From an uncultured Alphaproteobacteria bacterium (GTDB lineage Bacteria > Pseudomonadota > Alphaproteobacteria > RF32 > CAG-239), in assembly GCA_944393235.1 (NCBI GenBank), contig CALXZJ010000005.1, positions 214-64,213 on the forward strand: a DNA stretch of 64,000 nt, given 5' to 3'. The notes under the pieces were generated by a model, which made no database searches, had not been told where the DNA came from, and worked only from the letters and a program-made list of their open reading frames with translations. Both the position numbers and the translations under genes were made by a program. Below are positions 53,627 through 64,000 of this stretch, piece by piece; positions within the stretch are counted from its first letter, which is position 1; the number at the start of each line of letters is the position of its first letter.

Positions 53627-53702
53627 TGGCAGGGGCAGTAAGATTCGAACTCACGACACTCGGTTTTGGAGACCGATGCTCTACCAACTGAGCTATACCC
53701 CT
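53627..53702 (-). tRNA. tRNA-Trp (anticodon CCA)
   Basis: Folded by hand. Acceptor AGGGGTA/TGCCCCT, D-stem GCTC/GAGC, anticodon stem TCGGT/ACCGA, loop CTCCAAA, T-loop TTCGAAT, CCA encoded. Closely resembles E. coli tRNA-Trp. Confidence 0.9.
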
Positions 53703-53783
53703 ATATTAATGGGTCGGATTTATTGATACACACATATCGCAAATAAATCAAGCGTTTTTTTATAAAAAACAAACAAAATTTAA

Positions 53784-54455
53784 TTATAGAAATTTCCAAG
53801 CGATGCTGCACAGATTTGTACTGCCGCACTTGCATAAGCCATAAACTTGGTTCAAGGTTGTCGATGATAAATCTTGTGGCAACAGGGTTTTATCGCCGCC
53901 CTGAAGTGTGGCACTTGTTAAATTGCTAGTCTCAATAGTTAAATCACCATCATTTTTGATTGTCATGCCTAAAAATCCGCTTGCTATATCTGAGCCCCAA
54001 TAAGAAATGGCAAGTTCGCGGCAAGTGTATGCATCAAGCCCGTTAAATATTAAAATAAAGGCGCCAAGCTTGCTATCGCCGACAGGTGCAGATTCAATAA
54101 AAACAGAACCCTTGGCTTTGTTAAAGATGCTTGTTTTATCTTCGCCTACCATCCAATCCGGAACTAAGCCGGCGTTTATTAAAACAACTTCATTGAGAGT
54201 GCCATAATCCGGAGCACTAAAATACATACTGCGTATGTTGGCTACCAATATGGAGATTTCGTCTTTTAAATTGCTAATGCGTAAATTTCTGCTTGCCGTA
54301 ACATATCCGGCAATGCCGCCAACACTTAAGACGCCAACAATTGATAATACGCCAATTATTTCAACCATAGAACGCCCGAAAGTGTTGGTGTGGCTGAGCT
54401 TGTTTATGGTTGCCTTAAATGAAGATATTGCTGATTTTGAGGGCGCATTATTCAT
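53784..54455 (-). CDS. Type IV pilin-like protein (paralog 3) with a long (about 26-aa) leader
   Basis: ...TNTFG|RSMVEIIGVLSIVGVLSVGGIAGY, C-terminal C-x-C...C. AAGGA RBS at 54455. Confidence 0.6.
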   Translation of the reverse strand: MNNAPSKSAISSFKATINKLSHTNTFGRSMVEIIGVLSIVGVLSVGGIAGYVTASRNLRISNLKDEISILVANIRSMYFSAPDYGTLNEVVLINAGLVPDWMVGEDKTSIFNKAKGSVFIESAPVGDSKLGAFILIFNGLDAYTCRELAISYWGSDIASGFLGMTIKNDGDLTIETSNLTSATLQGGDKTLLPQDLSSTTLNQVYGLCKCGSTNLCSIAWKFL

Positions 54456-54543
54456 TTATTTTGTCCTTGTCTTATCGTGATGAAGTTTACCATAGCATAG
54501 TTTTTTGTGTTTGTCTAATCTATCTTTTGCTATAACCCGTTTT

Positions 54544-55473
54544 TTATAGGTCGCATTTGCCGTCAATGGTATAATCCAAACGATTTTCATGTAATCCGTA
54601 AGGGTCTTGGTGAATAATAACTTGCGCATTAGGAAAAGCTGTTTTGATTTTTTCTTCCACCTTATCGGTTAATTCATGTGTTTTATTAAGCGTCAGATTG
54701 CCGTCCAACTCCAGATGGATTTCAAAAAAATATGCGCCACCCAAATCGCGTGAACGGAAGTCATGATAGCCTTCCACCCCTTCGCTGTTTATAACTAAAT
54801 CAATCACCTGTTTGCGTACATCGTCGCTTAGTTCTTTGTCAGTTAAGGCGGCAACTGCCTCCGCAGCGATTTTGTAGGCATTATAAATCAAATAAACGGA
54901 AATCGCGAATGCTGTTAAAATATCAAACCAGCTGATATTAAAAAATTTAACAACAATTAAAGAAAGAATGATGGAAAGGTTGGTCAAAACATCTACCGTA
55001 TAATGGGCGCTGTCGGCGGCAATGGCCGGTGATGATGTTTTGCGGGCAACGTGTTTTTGAAAAGCAATCAACAAAACGGTTGCTACTAAACTGATAGCCA
55101 TGATGATAATGCCCAGTTCCGGTTTTTCTAACGGTTCGGGATTAAACAATCGGGTAATGCCGTCATACATGACAAACAGACCGGAGCCGGCAATAAAAGC
55201 CGATTGTACCAAAGCGCTGATAGATTCCGCACGACCATAACCGTAGCGGTGTTCTTGACTAGCCGGGCGTGTGGAAAAACGAATGGCAATAAATGAAATT
55301 GAAGAAGCAAAAACATCAGCCAAACTATCAATCAACGAAGATAAAATGGCCAGCGAGCCGGTGTAAAAAGCACCGAATATTTTAAGCAGGCATAATCCTC
55401 CCGAAAGCATAACGCTGGCGCTGGCAGCAATTTTTTTAAGACGGTTATGTTGTTCAGTTAAAGTTTGCGGCAT
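54544..55473 (-). CDS. Cation diffusion facilitator family transporter
   Basis: Six TMs with the CDF signature region SLIDSLADVFASS and a cytoplasmic C-terminal domain. Confidence 0.85.
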   Translation of the reverse strand: MPQTLTEQHNRLKKIAASASVMLSGGLCLLKIFGAFYTGSLAILSSLIDSLADVFASSISFIAIRFSTRPASQEHRYGYGRAESISALVQSAFIAGSGLFVMYDGITRLFNPEPLEKPELGIIIMAISLVATVLLIAFQKHVARKTSSPAIAADSAHYTVDVLTNLSIILSLIVVKFFNISWFDILTAFAISVYLIYNAYKIAAEAVAALTDKELSDDVRKQVIDLVINSEGVEGYHDFRSRDLGGAYFFEIHLELDGNLTLNKTHELTDKVEEKIKTAFPNAQVIIHQDPYGLHENRLDYTIDGKCDL

Positions 55474-58400
55474 TTTTTATTAACTCCCAATTTTTGGCAG
55501 AAATTTCTAAAAAATGGTCTTTAACATACGGTGCGTAAAACTGCAAATGTTTTCCTCTGATTTTATTGTCAAAATCATACTGAACCCAAAATCTTTCATT
55601 ATCTTTGTAGAAATTGAGCTTAAACTTGTTACCCTGTTCGGCTTTGATATCCAGGCTAAGAAGTTTGTTTGGTTTGTCAAGTTGCAGAGTGGATGAAATA
55701 AAATCAGTATTTAAAAGATATTTCATGACATCTGCTAATTTGTCGGGGTTGTTTTCGCCGTTTATGCTTTCTAATCTGCCGAAGCGTAAATCCCAGATGT
55801 GGCTATAAGTCCATTGTTGCCAGTCCGGTGAAAGGTCTATAAAATCGACTTCTGCCAACCAAACTTGAAATTTGCCATCAAACTTGATGTATGCGGCGTT
55901 GGAACCACGCCCAAGGTCAAGATTATATTGTCCGACCTCAAAATTTAAAATCGGTTTGTTATCAGCATCTAAAAGCTCAATTCTGGTGTTGGGTGAATTT
56001 TCGCTTTCTATTGGTTGCAAGCCAAACAGTGCCAAATTTTCGGCTTTGTCGGATTTTTTTTCATAAAAGCGGGCTTCCATTAAAGCGCTTAAAAAGCTAC
56101 GAATCCTTTCTTGGAATACAGGAAAGTCAGGTTGCTCAGAAAGTTTCCAAATGCCGTCTTTGTTAACGAAGTGAAGAATGTTATCATGTGTTTTGATGAC
56201 AATTGATTGAACTTGGTTAATCTGTTTTGGCAGCTCAGGAAACAGCGGTTTGTCTTCATATTTTTGAATGTCCGAACGGTTGGCGTAATAAACCGAGATA
56301 ATACCGGCCAGTAAAATAACGGCAGCCGTTAGCGATATTTTTAATAGCGCGCGGTTGAATTTAAATGGAACGCGATAATTTTGCCGACCTTTTTTCAACC
56401 AAAGGAAAACAAGCAAAGCAAAACTTAATATCAACGGAAGCATAAAAATATTAATAAATTTGACCGTCATGGCGATATTTGCAATATCGCGGTTAGCTTG
56501 AACCCGAACGGCGCTTAATTCTTGCCGCAGCTTATCCAGCTGTTTTCTGATGCCGCTGATAAGCGCGAGTTCATCGGCAGTGAAAATTTCCCGCTCTTCA
56601 AAATCGCGCTTGTTCCAAATTTCTTGAAGCTGGTTTTTGACCTGATTAATACGGTCAAAAATTTCCTCTTCTTTAATTTTATATTGAAAGACATTTTGTT
56701 TGCGGCGTTTTTCAATATCCGTAAATTCGCGGTTGCGGGCGCTTTTGCCGCGCAAATCAAGCAGGTTGGAATTGTTTGTCAGATAATCTAAGCTGTTTAA
56801 GATAAAATCGGCATTGTTAAATAACGGAATAAAAAAGTTACGTTCCAAGATGGTTTGCGAAGTTGTCCAGAAATTGTCATAAATAAAATCCGTATCACCG
56901 ACAACAATCATATTAAATTGATTGTCCGGATTTTTGCCATGCACAGCGGCGGCTAAAATTTTGGGGTTGTCATCGGCTTTGAAATAAGTAAGTACTTGGC
57001 GGGGGTTTAAGCCATCATAAACCACTTTAATGGGCATTAAAGAAGAATTTTGGCTAGCCTGCAGTAATGGAACAAAGTCAATATTATTGCTTGCCGGTAA
57101 TATCACCGAAACTGATGACATCAGAATGCTGTTCAAACCTTTGGTAACAGGATGCGAAGGATTGAAATTTTCTTTTTTGAGTTTGAATTGAATAATATCC
57201 TGGGTAAATGCCGGATTGTTTTTATAGTTGCTGGTGGCGTCTACCGTAATGGAGTTATCTAAATCAGCCACCACATATTCGTTATAAAATTTAATGCCCC
57301 AAAACTCATCCAAGCCATTTAAATTTGAAGGCGTAAACGGGTGGTTAACGGAGGAATAAATCCGCCGGGCTTCAGCGGCGCCATCTAAAAGTAACAATAT
57401 ATTGCCGTAATTTTGTGAATATTTTTTAACGGCATCGGTCATTTCTGCAGATATGTTTTGCGGATGAATCATAATCAATACATCGGGGCGTTCATCCAAA
57501 TCTTCCGGTTTGGTAATATAACGAATGTTATAAAATTCGCTTATTTTACGGGTGATTTCCCAAGGTTGTAAAATCATGTTGTCGCTGCCGCCACCGTTTA
57601 TCGGTAGTGTTGACAATACGGCTGCGGTTTTTTTCTTGCGCCCGAGCTGATAAATTAAAGAAGTTAGATTTTGTTCTAAAAACGGCATTTGCGCCGGTGT
57701 GAAATAAGGAATGGCAAGTTTGTTTTGCAGTGTGTCGGTAACGGTTAAACCAAACAGGGCGTTTTGATTAATATCAATTAAAGGTATTGGTTGAATCCCG
57801 TCGGCAATGGCGCGGTCTTCAATATTGTCCAGGCTTTGCGGATGATAAATCCGATAGTCAAATTTGCCGTTGGAGCGGTTTTTATATTGTGCCAAAAGTT
57901 GGCGGATTTTATCAAACATTTGCCGCATGGCCGGGTTGCGTTGCTCCAAGATAGTGGAGTAATAAAGCTTTGCGGTAACGGGTTCGGTTAAGTTTTGCAA
58001 AACCGAAACCGTATTTTTGTTTAGGGTATATAGGTTATCTTCGCTGAAGTCAATTTGCGTGCCGCGGGTCAGGTTGTTTGCCAACAAATTGAAACCCATA
58101 AAACCCAAAACCAACATTAACCATGCCCAGATGTAATAGGTTCGGTTGGTGGATTTTAACCATGACGAAGTGCCGGCAGTGCGAAAACCAACAATTAAAA
58201 TTGTGGTAAAATTAAATAAGATGATGATGGATGCAAAAAACAACACATCACGCAGCTCAATTAATCCGCCGGTAATGTTGGCAAAATGCGTTAAAAAACT
58301 AAACGAGGCGATGGTATCAATCATATAATCGGGCAAAAACAGGCGAAAGAAAGACAAAATAAATTCTACGCCGCTCCAGAAAAACATTAAATTAGCCGCT

Positions 58401-58903
58401 ACCGCTAACACCAAAGCAATTACCTGATTTTTAGTTAGGGCTGACATGGTTTGCGAAATGGCAAGCATGCAGCCGGCTAGAATGAAACTTCCGATATAGC
58501 TTAAAACAATAACGGCATTGTCAGGTGTTCCCAATATATTAACCGTAATCCAAAAGGGAAAAGTAAGAACCAATGCTAAAGCACAAAACAGCCATGAAGC
58601 TAAAAATTTTCCCCATACCAATGTTTCGGTTGAAACCGGCATGGTCATGATTTGAACAATGGTTTTAGTGCGAAATTCTTCTGCCCACAAGCGCATGGAA
58701 ATACCGGGAATGAATAATAAATACAACCATGGCTGAAAAGCAAACATAACCTGTAAAGATGCTTGCCCGCGTTCAAAAAAGTTTCCGAAATAAAAAGCCA
58801 TGGCGGCATTTAAAATTAAAAAAGACATCAGATAAATATATGCGAGTGGCGAAATAAAATATCGAAACAGCTCGTTTTTTGTAACAATCCATAAATTTTT
58901 CAT
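55454..58903 (-). CDS. Fused ABC-2 permease / GldG-like auxiliary component (1149 aa)
   Basis: N-terminal 6-TM ABC-2 permease, large extracytoplasmic GldG-like domain, C-terminal TM plus DUF4340-like region. Overlaps the upstream ATPase gene. Confidence 0.65.
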   Translation of the reverse strand: MKNLWIVTKNELFRYFISPLAYIYLMSFLILNAAMAFYFGNFFERGQASLQVMFAFQPWLYLLFIPGISMRLWAEEFRTKTIVQIMTMPVSTETLVWGKFLASWLFCALALVLTFPFWITVNILGTPDNAVIVLSYIGSFILAGCMLAISQTMSALTKNQVIALVLAVAANLMFFWSGVEFILSFFRLFLPDYMIDTIASFSFLTHFANITGGLIELRDVLFFASIIILFNFTTILIVGFRTAGTSSWLKSTNRTYYIWAWLMLVLGFMGFNLLANNLTRGTQIDFSEDNLYTLNKNTVSVLQNLTEPVTAKLYYSTILEQRNPAMRQMFDKIRQLLAQYKNRSNGKFDYRIYHPQSLDNIEDRAIADGIQPIPLIDINQNALFGLTVTDTLQNKLAIPYFTPAQMPFLEQNLTSLIYQLGRKKKTAAVLSTLPINGGGSDNMILQPWEITRKISEFYNIRYITKPEDLDERPDVLIMIHPQNISAEMTDAVKKYSQNYGNILLLLDGAAEARRIYSSVNHPFTPSNLNGLDEFWGIKFYNEYVVADLDNSITVDATSNYKNNPAFTQDIIQFKLKKENFNPSHPVTKGLNSILMSSVSVILPASNNIDFVPLLQASQNSSLMPIKVVYDGLNPRQVLTYFKADDNPKILAAAVHGKNPDNQFNMIVVGDTDFIYDNFWTTSQTILERNFFIPLFNNADFILNSLDYLTNNSNLLDLRGKSARNREFTDIEKRRKQNVFQYKIKEEEIFDRINQVKNQLQEIWNKRDFEEREIFTADELALISGIRKQLDKLRQELSAVRVQANRDIANIAMTVKFINIFMLPLILSFALLVFLWLKKGRQNYRVPFKFNRALLKISLTAAVILLAGIISVYYANRSDIQKYEDKPLFPELPKQINQVQSIVIKTHDNILHFVNKDGIWKLSEQPDFPVFQERIRSFLSALMEARFYEKKSDKAENLALFGLQPIESENSPNTRIELLDADNKPILNFEVGQYNLDLGRGSNAAYIKFDGKFQVWLAEVDFIDLSPDWQQWTYSHIWDLRFGRLESINGENNPDKLADVMKYLLNTDFISSTLQLDKPNKLLSLDIKAEQGNKFKLNFYKDNERFWVQYDFDNKIRGKHLQFYAPYVKDHFLEISAKNWELIKNAANFN

Positions 58904-58922
58904 GTTATTGCCTTTGCTTAAA

Positions 58923-59642
58923 TTATTCTTCCGTGCTTTGTGTCAGTTTTTTAAAAGCTGCTGCTAAAGTTTTGGTTTTGGCTTTGCTTAAAATTTCCTG
59001 ACAACTGCCATCTGCCATCATTTTACCTTTATTAATCAAAATAATACGCGTGCAAATGGTTTCCGCCTCTTCCAGAAGATGGGTGGAAATCAAAATCGTT
59101 TTATTTTTGCCCATTTGCCCGATAAGACGCCGCATATGTTCTTTTTGGTTTGGGTCCAACCCGTCGGTTGGCTCGTCCAAAAGCAAAATGTCCGGATTGC
59201 TCAAGATGCTTTGCGCAAATCCCACGCGGCGTAAATATCCTTTGGAAAGAGTTTCTATTTTTTGGTTTAAGACGTTTTCAATGTTTGCCAGATGTATGGC
59301 GTGTTCAATTTCTTTGATACCGACATGGCGTAAATCCGCCATATATTGCAAAAACATTTTAACACTCATATCCGGATACAAAGGCGAACCTTCCGGCAAA
59401 AAGCCGATTTTGCTTTTGGCTTTGAGCGGCTGTTCGGCAATATTTAAACCTTCCACAAAAATTTTACCGGATGTTGGCGCCAAAAAGCCGGTAATCATAT
59501 TCATCAAGGTTGATTTTCCGGCGCCGTTTGGCCCCAAAAGGGCAATAACTTCGCCTTTTTGCGCGGTAAAATCAAAATCATCCACGGCTTTGATATCGCC
59601 GTAAATTTTGCTTAAATGTTGTGTCCGAATAGCATCTGTCAT
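58923..59642 (-). CDS. ABC transporter ATP-binding protein (GldA-like)
   Basis: Walker A GPNGAGKST, signature LSKGYLRRVGFAQ, Walker B LLLDEPT. Confidence 0.85.
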   Translation of the reverse strand: MTDAIRTQHLSKIYGDIKAVDDFDFTAQKGEVIALLGPNGAGKSTLMNMITGFLAPTSGKIFVEGLNIAEQPLKAKSKIGFLPEGSPLYPDMSVKMFLQYMADLRHVGIKEIEHAIHLANIENVLNQKIETLSKGYLRRVGFAQSILSNPDILLLDEPTDGLDPNQKEHMRRLIGQMGKNKTILISTHLLEEAETICTRIILINKGKMMADGSCQEILSKAKTKTLAAAFKKLTQSTEE

Positions 59643-60757
59643 TTTGTTTTATCTTCCTTTTCATAAATTTCACCGCCGGTCATGGGTTGGGGTACACCGG
59701 TTGTGGTCGGAAAAGTTATCGGCAGCCCGTAAATCCGCCGTGCTGCCAAAAAAGCTATTGCCGGCGCATCGCCGATTTTAAAATCAAAAACATCTTCTTG
59801 CGCGGTTTCTATTTTCATTTCTTTTAAGTGTTGACGAATAAAGCGCACCAATGTCGGGTTTTGTGCACCGCCACCGCAGATGACGGCGCATACCGGAACT
59901 TCCGGCAGATAAAGCGCCAAGGAATAAGCGATAGCCTCGCTGACAAAAGCGGTGGCCGTTGCTGCGCCGTCTTCTAATGATAATCCTTCCAGATGTTCGG
60001 TTTTATCGTTAAAAGAATTGCGGTCTAATGATTTGGGCGGATATTTTCCGAAAAAATCGTGTTTCATCATCTGATTAATGATTTTTTCATGAACAATGCC
60101 GGTGGCGGCTAATTTGCCGTTAAAATCCATCTGCATGCCGCCATGTTTGAAAACCCAGTCGTCAATTAAGGCGTTCCCCGGTCCGCAGTCAAATGCGACA
60201 ATTTCACCCAAAGTGCCGGTCCAAATGAGGTTGGTGATGCCGCCGATGTTAATAAAGACATTAGGTTTGTTAAGAGTTTGCGCCAAAGCGCTGTAATAAG
60301 TGGCGGTAATCGGCGAGCCTTGTCCGCCATTTAGGATATCGGCATTGCGAAAATGCGTTACGACTTTAATGCCGGTTTTTTCAGCCAATATGCGGCCTTT
60401 GCCGAGTTGATAAGTATAACCGTTTTGCGGTTCGTGACAAATGGTTGTTCCTTCCAGTCCGATGACATCCATCGGTTCATCGCTCTCACGATTGATTTCT
60501 TCAACAATTTCATTTATAAAGTCGGTAACTTCGGTTTCCGTTGTTTCAATTAAGGCGCGTTCTTCCGGATTGTCATAATGCATTCCCAAAACGGAACGGA
60601 CTTTTTGTGCCAACGGTTCCGGATAAAGAAACTTGCGGGCTGATTTGACCTCATAAATATCCACGCCGTCGGTTGACACCAAAGCGGCTTTAATGCCGTC
60701 TAAGGATGTTCCGCCCATTAATCCCAGAATATTTAACGGTTTTATCATCATTGTCAA
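59639..60757 (-). CDS. anmK: Anhydro-N-acetylmuramic acid kinase
   Basis: GLMGGTSLDG N-terminal motif. 372 aa. Confidence 0.85.
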   Translation of the reverse strand: MTMMIKPLNILGLMGGTSLDGIKAALVSTDGVDIYEVKSARKFLYPEPLAQKVRSVLGMHYDNPEERALIETTETEVTDFINEIVEEINRESDEPMDVIGLEGTTICHEPQNGYTYQLGKGRILAEKTGIKVVTHFRNADILNGGQGSPITATYYSALAQTLNKPNVFINIGGITNLIWTGTLGEIVAFDCGPGNALIDDWVFKHGGMQMDFNGKLAATGIVHEKIINQMMKHDFFGKYPPKSLDRNSFNDKTEHLEGLSLEDGAATATAFVSEAIAYSLALYLPEVPVCAVICGGGAQNPTLVRFIRQHLKEMKIETAQEDVFDFKIGDAPAIAFLAARRIYGLPITFPTTTGVPQPMTGGEIYEKEDKTK

Positions 60758-60832
60758 AAACTTTACCTCGCTTCTTGCATTGTTATAAATATATGCTAAT
60801 ATGCGTTAAAATTTAGTATAAGGGAAAGAAAA

Positions 60833-62086
60833 ATGAGCGCATGGAAATCCGAATTTTTTAATATTATGGTTGAACGCGGCTTTTACAATCAATGTACCAA
60901 TGACACGGGTTTTGATGGATATTTGGCTGATTGTGAAAAGAAAGGTACCCCGGCCGTTGGTTATCTGGGTTCGGATCCGACCGGCGACAGTCTGCATGTC
61001 GGGCATATTGTGCCGGTGATGATGCTGCGCTGGTTTCAAAAATGCGGCCATAAACCGTTAACGTTGGTCGGCGGCGCGACGGCGCGTATCGGCGACCCTT
61101 CCGGTAAAGACAAGCTGCGCCCTTTTTTAAGTGAAGAAACTTTAGTGCATAATACCGAAGGTTTGAAAAAATCTTTTCGCAAGTTTTTAAATTTTGAAAC
61201 AGGGGCCAATGCCGCTGAAATGGTTGATAATTGGGACTGGTTCAAAGACATTAATTATCTGGCGTTTTTGCGTGATATCGGTACCTGTTATTCGGTTAAC
61301 CGGATGTTGACGATGGAAAGCGTGAAAAGCCGCTTGGAACGCGAACAGCCGATGTCGTTTTTAGAGTTTAATTATCAGCTTTTGCAAGGTTATGATTTTT
61401 GCGTTTTATATCAAAAATATGGTTGCCGCGCCCAAATTGCCGGCGCCGATCAATGGGGCAACATTGTTTCCGGTACTGAACTCGGTCGTCGTCGTTATGA
61501 TGTGGAATTGTTTGGTTTTACCAGCCCGATTTTGACTGATTCTTCCGGCAAAAAGATGGGCAAATCCGAAGGTAACGCTGTGTGGATTAATGATGAAAAA
61601 CTTTCCTCATATGATTATTATCAATATTTCCGCAACATTGGTGATGCCGAAGTCGGCAAATGTTTGAGAGTGTTTACGGATTTACCGATGGATGAAGTTT
61701 GTCGCTTGGAAAGCCTGAAAGACAAAGAAATCAATGAGGCTAAAAAGATTTTGGCTTATGAGGCTACCAAGATGTGCCGCGGTGAGGCGGAGGCTAAAGC
61801 CGCACAGGATACGGCGGTCAAAACTTTTGAACAAGGCATGGCTGGCGGCGAGTTGCCGGAAATTAAAGCGGATTTAAATGCCGGTATTGGTGTGCTGGAC
61901 GCCTTTTTGCAAATCGGTTTTGTTGAAAGCAAAGGCGAAGCGCGCCGTCTGATAAAACAAGCCGGCTTAAAAATCAATGACAAACCGGTTACGGATGAAA
62001 ATTATAAAATAACGACTGCTGATTTGCTTAATGGTCAGGTTAAGCTTTCCCAAGGCAAGAAGAAGCACGGTTTAATAAAAGCTTAA
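60833..62086 (+). CDS. tyrS: Tyrosyl-tRNA synthetase
   Basis: HVGH (HIGH) and KMGKS (KMSKS) motifs. S4-like C-terminal domain. Confidence 0.9.
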   Translation: MSAWKSEFFNIMVERGFYNQCTNDTGFDGYLADCEKKGTPAVGYLGSDPTGDSLHVGHIVPVMMLRWFQKCGHKPLTLVGGATARIGDPSGKDKLRPFLSEETLVHNTEGLKKSFRKFLNFETGANAAEMVDNWDWFKDINYLAFLRDIGTCYSVNRMLTMESVKSRLEREQPMSFLEFNYQLLQGYDFCVLYQKYGCRAQIAGADQWGNIVSGTELGRRRYDVELFGFTSPILTDSSGKKMGKSEGNAVWINDEKLSSYDYYQYFRNIGDAEVGKCLRVFTDLPMDEVCRLESLKDKEINEAKKILAYEATKMCRGEAEAKAAQDTAVKTFEQGMAGGELPEIKADLNAGIGVLDAFLQIGFVESKGEARRLIKQAGLKINDKPVTDENYKITTADLLNGQVKLSQGKKKHGLIKA

Positions 62087-62135
62087 ACTTAAAACCCCTG
62101 CCGGTTAGCGTCAGGGGTTTGTGTTATGAAAAGTT

Positions 62136-63953
62136 TTAAGCTATAATTTCCGGTTTGGCGCGTTTGCGTTGCAGCGGGTCTAAAATCTTCTTTCTCAAAC
62201 GCAACGATTTCGGCGTCACTTCCAACAATTCATCAGCTTGAATATACGATAAAGCCTGTTCCAGACTCATTTTCCGCGGTGGAATCAAATCAATGGCTTC
62301 ATCTTTTCCGGCAGCGCGGATGTTGGTGAGCTGTTTGGCTTTGGTCGGATTGACGTCCAAATCATTCGGCTTGGTGTGTTCGCCGATAATCATACCGATA
62401 TAAACCGGACTGTTATGCTCAATAAACATCGGACCGCGGTCTTGCAGCTTCCATAGAGCATAAGCCACGGCTGTGCCGTTTTCACTGGAAATCAGCACAC
62501 CGGTGTGGCGACCTTCAATTTCGCCTTTATAAGGTTCATAGGCATAAAAACTACGGTTCATAACACCGGTACCGCGGGTGTCGGTCAAAAACTCGGAATG
62601 ATATCCGATTAAACCGCGCGACGGCGCATGGAAGATAAGACGCACTTTATTGCCAAGCTGGGAAGGTATCATCTCGGTCATTTCGGCCCGGCGCTGACCG
62701 AGTTTTTCAACCACGGCACCGGAAAATTCTTCATCAACGTCAATGACCACTTCTTCCACAGGTTCTAACAAATTGCCGTTTTCGTCTTTTTTCATCAAAA
62801 CCCGCGGGCGGGAAATGGAAAGTTCAAAACCTTCGCGGCGCATGGTTTCTATCAAGACGCCCAGTTGCAATTCGCCGCGTCCGGCAACTTCAAACGAATC
62901 GGTGCTGTCGGTTCTGGAAATTTTTAAGGCAATGTTGCCTTCAGCCTCTTTGCAAAGTCTGTCCCAAATCATGCGCGATGTGACCTTGTCGCCCTCACGT
63001 CCGGCTAACGGGGAATCGTTAACCGAAAAAGTCATAGCCAAAGTTGGCGGATCAATCGGTTGGGCATGGATGGCATCATTGATGCTGTAATCGCAAATTG
63101 TATCGGCAACTGTGCCTTTGACAACACCGGCTACGGCAACAATATCGCCGGCAAATGCCTCGTCTAGAGCCACGCGCTCTAATCCGCGATAAGCTAAAAT
63201 CTTGGTAATGCGGGTTCTTTCAACTTCGCCTTTATCATTGATAACCTTGACCGAATCGTTTAATTTTAAGCTGCCGGATTGGATTTTTCCGCTTAACAGG
63301 CGGCCTAAAAATTTGTCGGATTCAAGTGTGGTAACCAGCATGGAAAAAGGCTTGTCTTTATCGCATTTTGGTTCGCTGACGTAAGATAAAATCAGTTCAA
63401 ACAGCGGCGTTAAGTCTTTATGCTCGTCATTTAGGTCTTTTACAGCCCAACCATTGCGGCCGGAAGCATACAAAACCGGAAAATCAAGCTGTTCATCATT
63501 GGCGTTTAAGCTGACGAATAAATCAAAAATTTCATTTAGAACTTCATCGGGACGGGCATCCGGTTTGTCCGCCTTATTAATAACGACAATCGGTTTTAAG
63601 CCGATTTTCAAAGCTTTGCCTAATACAAATTTGGTTTGTGGCATCGGCCCTTCGGAAGCGTCCACCAACAAAACCACGCCATCCACCATAGAAAGTATGC
63701 GTTCAACCTCGCCGCCGAAATCCGCGTGTCCCGGTGTGTCCACAATGTTAATATGCGTGCCGTGCCAGTTAACCGATGTACATTTGGAAAGAATCGTAAT
63801 CCCTCTCTCCCTCTCCAAATCATTGCTATCCATAGCACATTCCGCCACTTTCTGATTATCCCTGAAAGTTCCGCTTTGTTTTAACAATCCATCGACCAAT
63901 GTCGTCTTTCCGTGGTCGACATGGGCTATGATGGCGATATTTCTCATACTCAT
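62136..63953 (-). CDS. typA: Translational GTPase TypA/BipA
   Basis: [24 protein letters not shown] and NKADK G-motifs. 605 aa. Confidence 0.95.
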   Translation of the reverse strand: MSMRNIAIIAHVDHGKTTLVDGLLKQSGTFRDNQKVAECAMDSNDLERERGITILSKCTSVNWHGTHINIVDTPGHADFGGEVERILSMVDGVVLLVDASEGPMPQTKFVLGKALKIGLKPIVVINKADKPDARPDEVLNEIFDLFVSLNANDEQLDFPVLYASGRNGWAVKDLNDEHKDLTPLFELILSYVSEPKCDKDKPFSMLVTTLESDKFLGRLLSGKIQSGSLKLNDSVKVINDKGEVERTRITKILAYRGLERVALDEAFAGDIVAVAGVVKGTVADTICDYSINDAIHAQPIDPPTLAMTFSVNDSPLAGREGDKVTSRMIWDRLCKEAEGNIALKISRTDSTDSFEVAGRGELQLGVLIETMRREGFELSISRPRVLMKKDENGNLLEPVEEVVIDVDEEFSGAVVEKLGQRRAEMTEMIPSQLGNKVRLIFHAPSRGLIGYHSEFLTDTRGTGVMNRSFYAYEPYKGEIEGRHTGVLISSENGTAVAYALWKLQDRGPMFIEHNSPVYIGMIIGEHTKPNDLDVNPTKAKQLTNIRAAGKDEAIDLIPPRKMSLEQALSYIQADELLEVTPKSLRLRKKILDPLQRKRAKPEIIA

Positions 63954-64000
63954 TTCTTTTTCTCCTAAAAACCTGTCATGTCGTGATTTTGCAAGCTTGT

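Overview
This is a 64-kb chromosomal window from a Gram-negative proteobacterium. Gene order (rplY-pth-ychF, ihfB-lapA-accD, nusG-secE next to tRNA-Trp, short-form L25) looks beta/gamma-proteobacterial and Neisseriaceae-like; I cannot name the species from sequence alone. Most of the window is core housekeeping genes: macA-macB-OMF efflux, truA, groES/groEL, a membrane H+-pyrophosphatase, phosphofructokinase, rpmB, rpsU, anaerobic RNR nrdD/nrdG with NrdR boxes, pnp-rpsO-truB, ftsH, ihfB, accD, gyrB, nusG-secE, anmK, tyrS and typA. Several visibly AT-rich accessory islets interrupt this. The clearest is a ~6-kb integrative element inserted at the 3' end of tRNA-Trp (53627-53702) and bounded by an exact 17-bp direct repeat (47588-47604 and 53627-43). 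It carries a tyrosine integrase, a serine invertase/resolvase, a small HUH Rep-like protein, an HTH protein and five unknown ORFs, and it has displaced tRNA-Trp from its usual place upstream of secE. Other accessory features are a dispersed family of three type-IV-pilin-like paralogs with an unusual G|RSMVE processing site plus a short prepilin peptidase, a ~250-bp intergenic repeat family (two copies) with a conserved nested hairpin, a toxin/immunity-like array (a 239-aa protein followed by tandem membrane-protein paralogs and a decayed third copy), an nrdD whose glycyl-radical motif is on a separate 68-aa ORF, an orphan YhdJ-like DNA methyltransferase sitting where ptsI would be expected, and a low-GC HD-hydrolase islet between gyrB and nusG. 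I found no rRNA, no CRISPR array and no complete prophage. All coordinates, motifs and repeats were read by eye from the sequence. No database searches or GC calculations were run.
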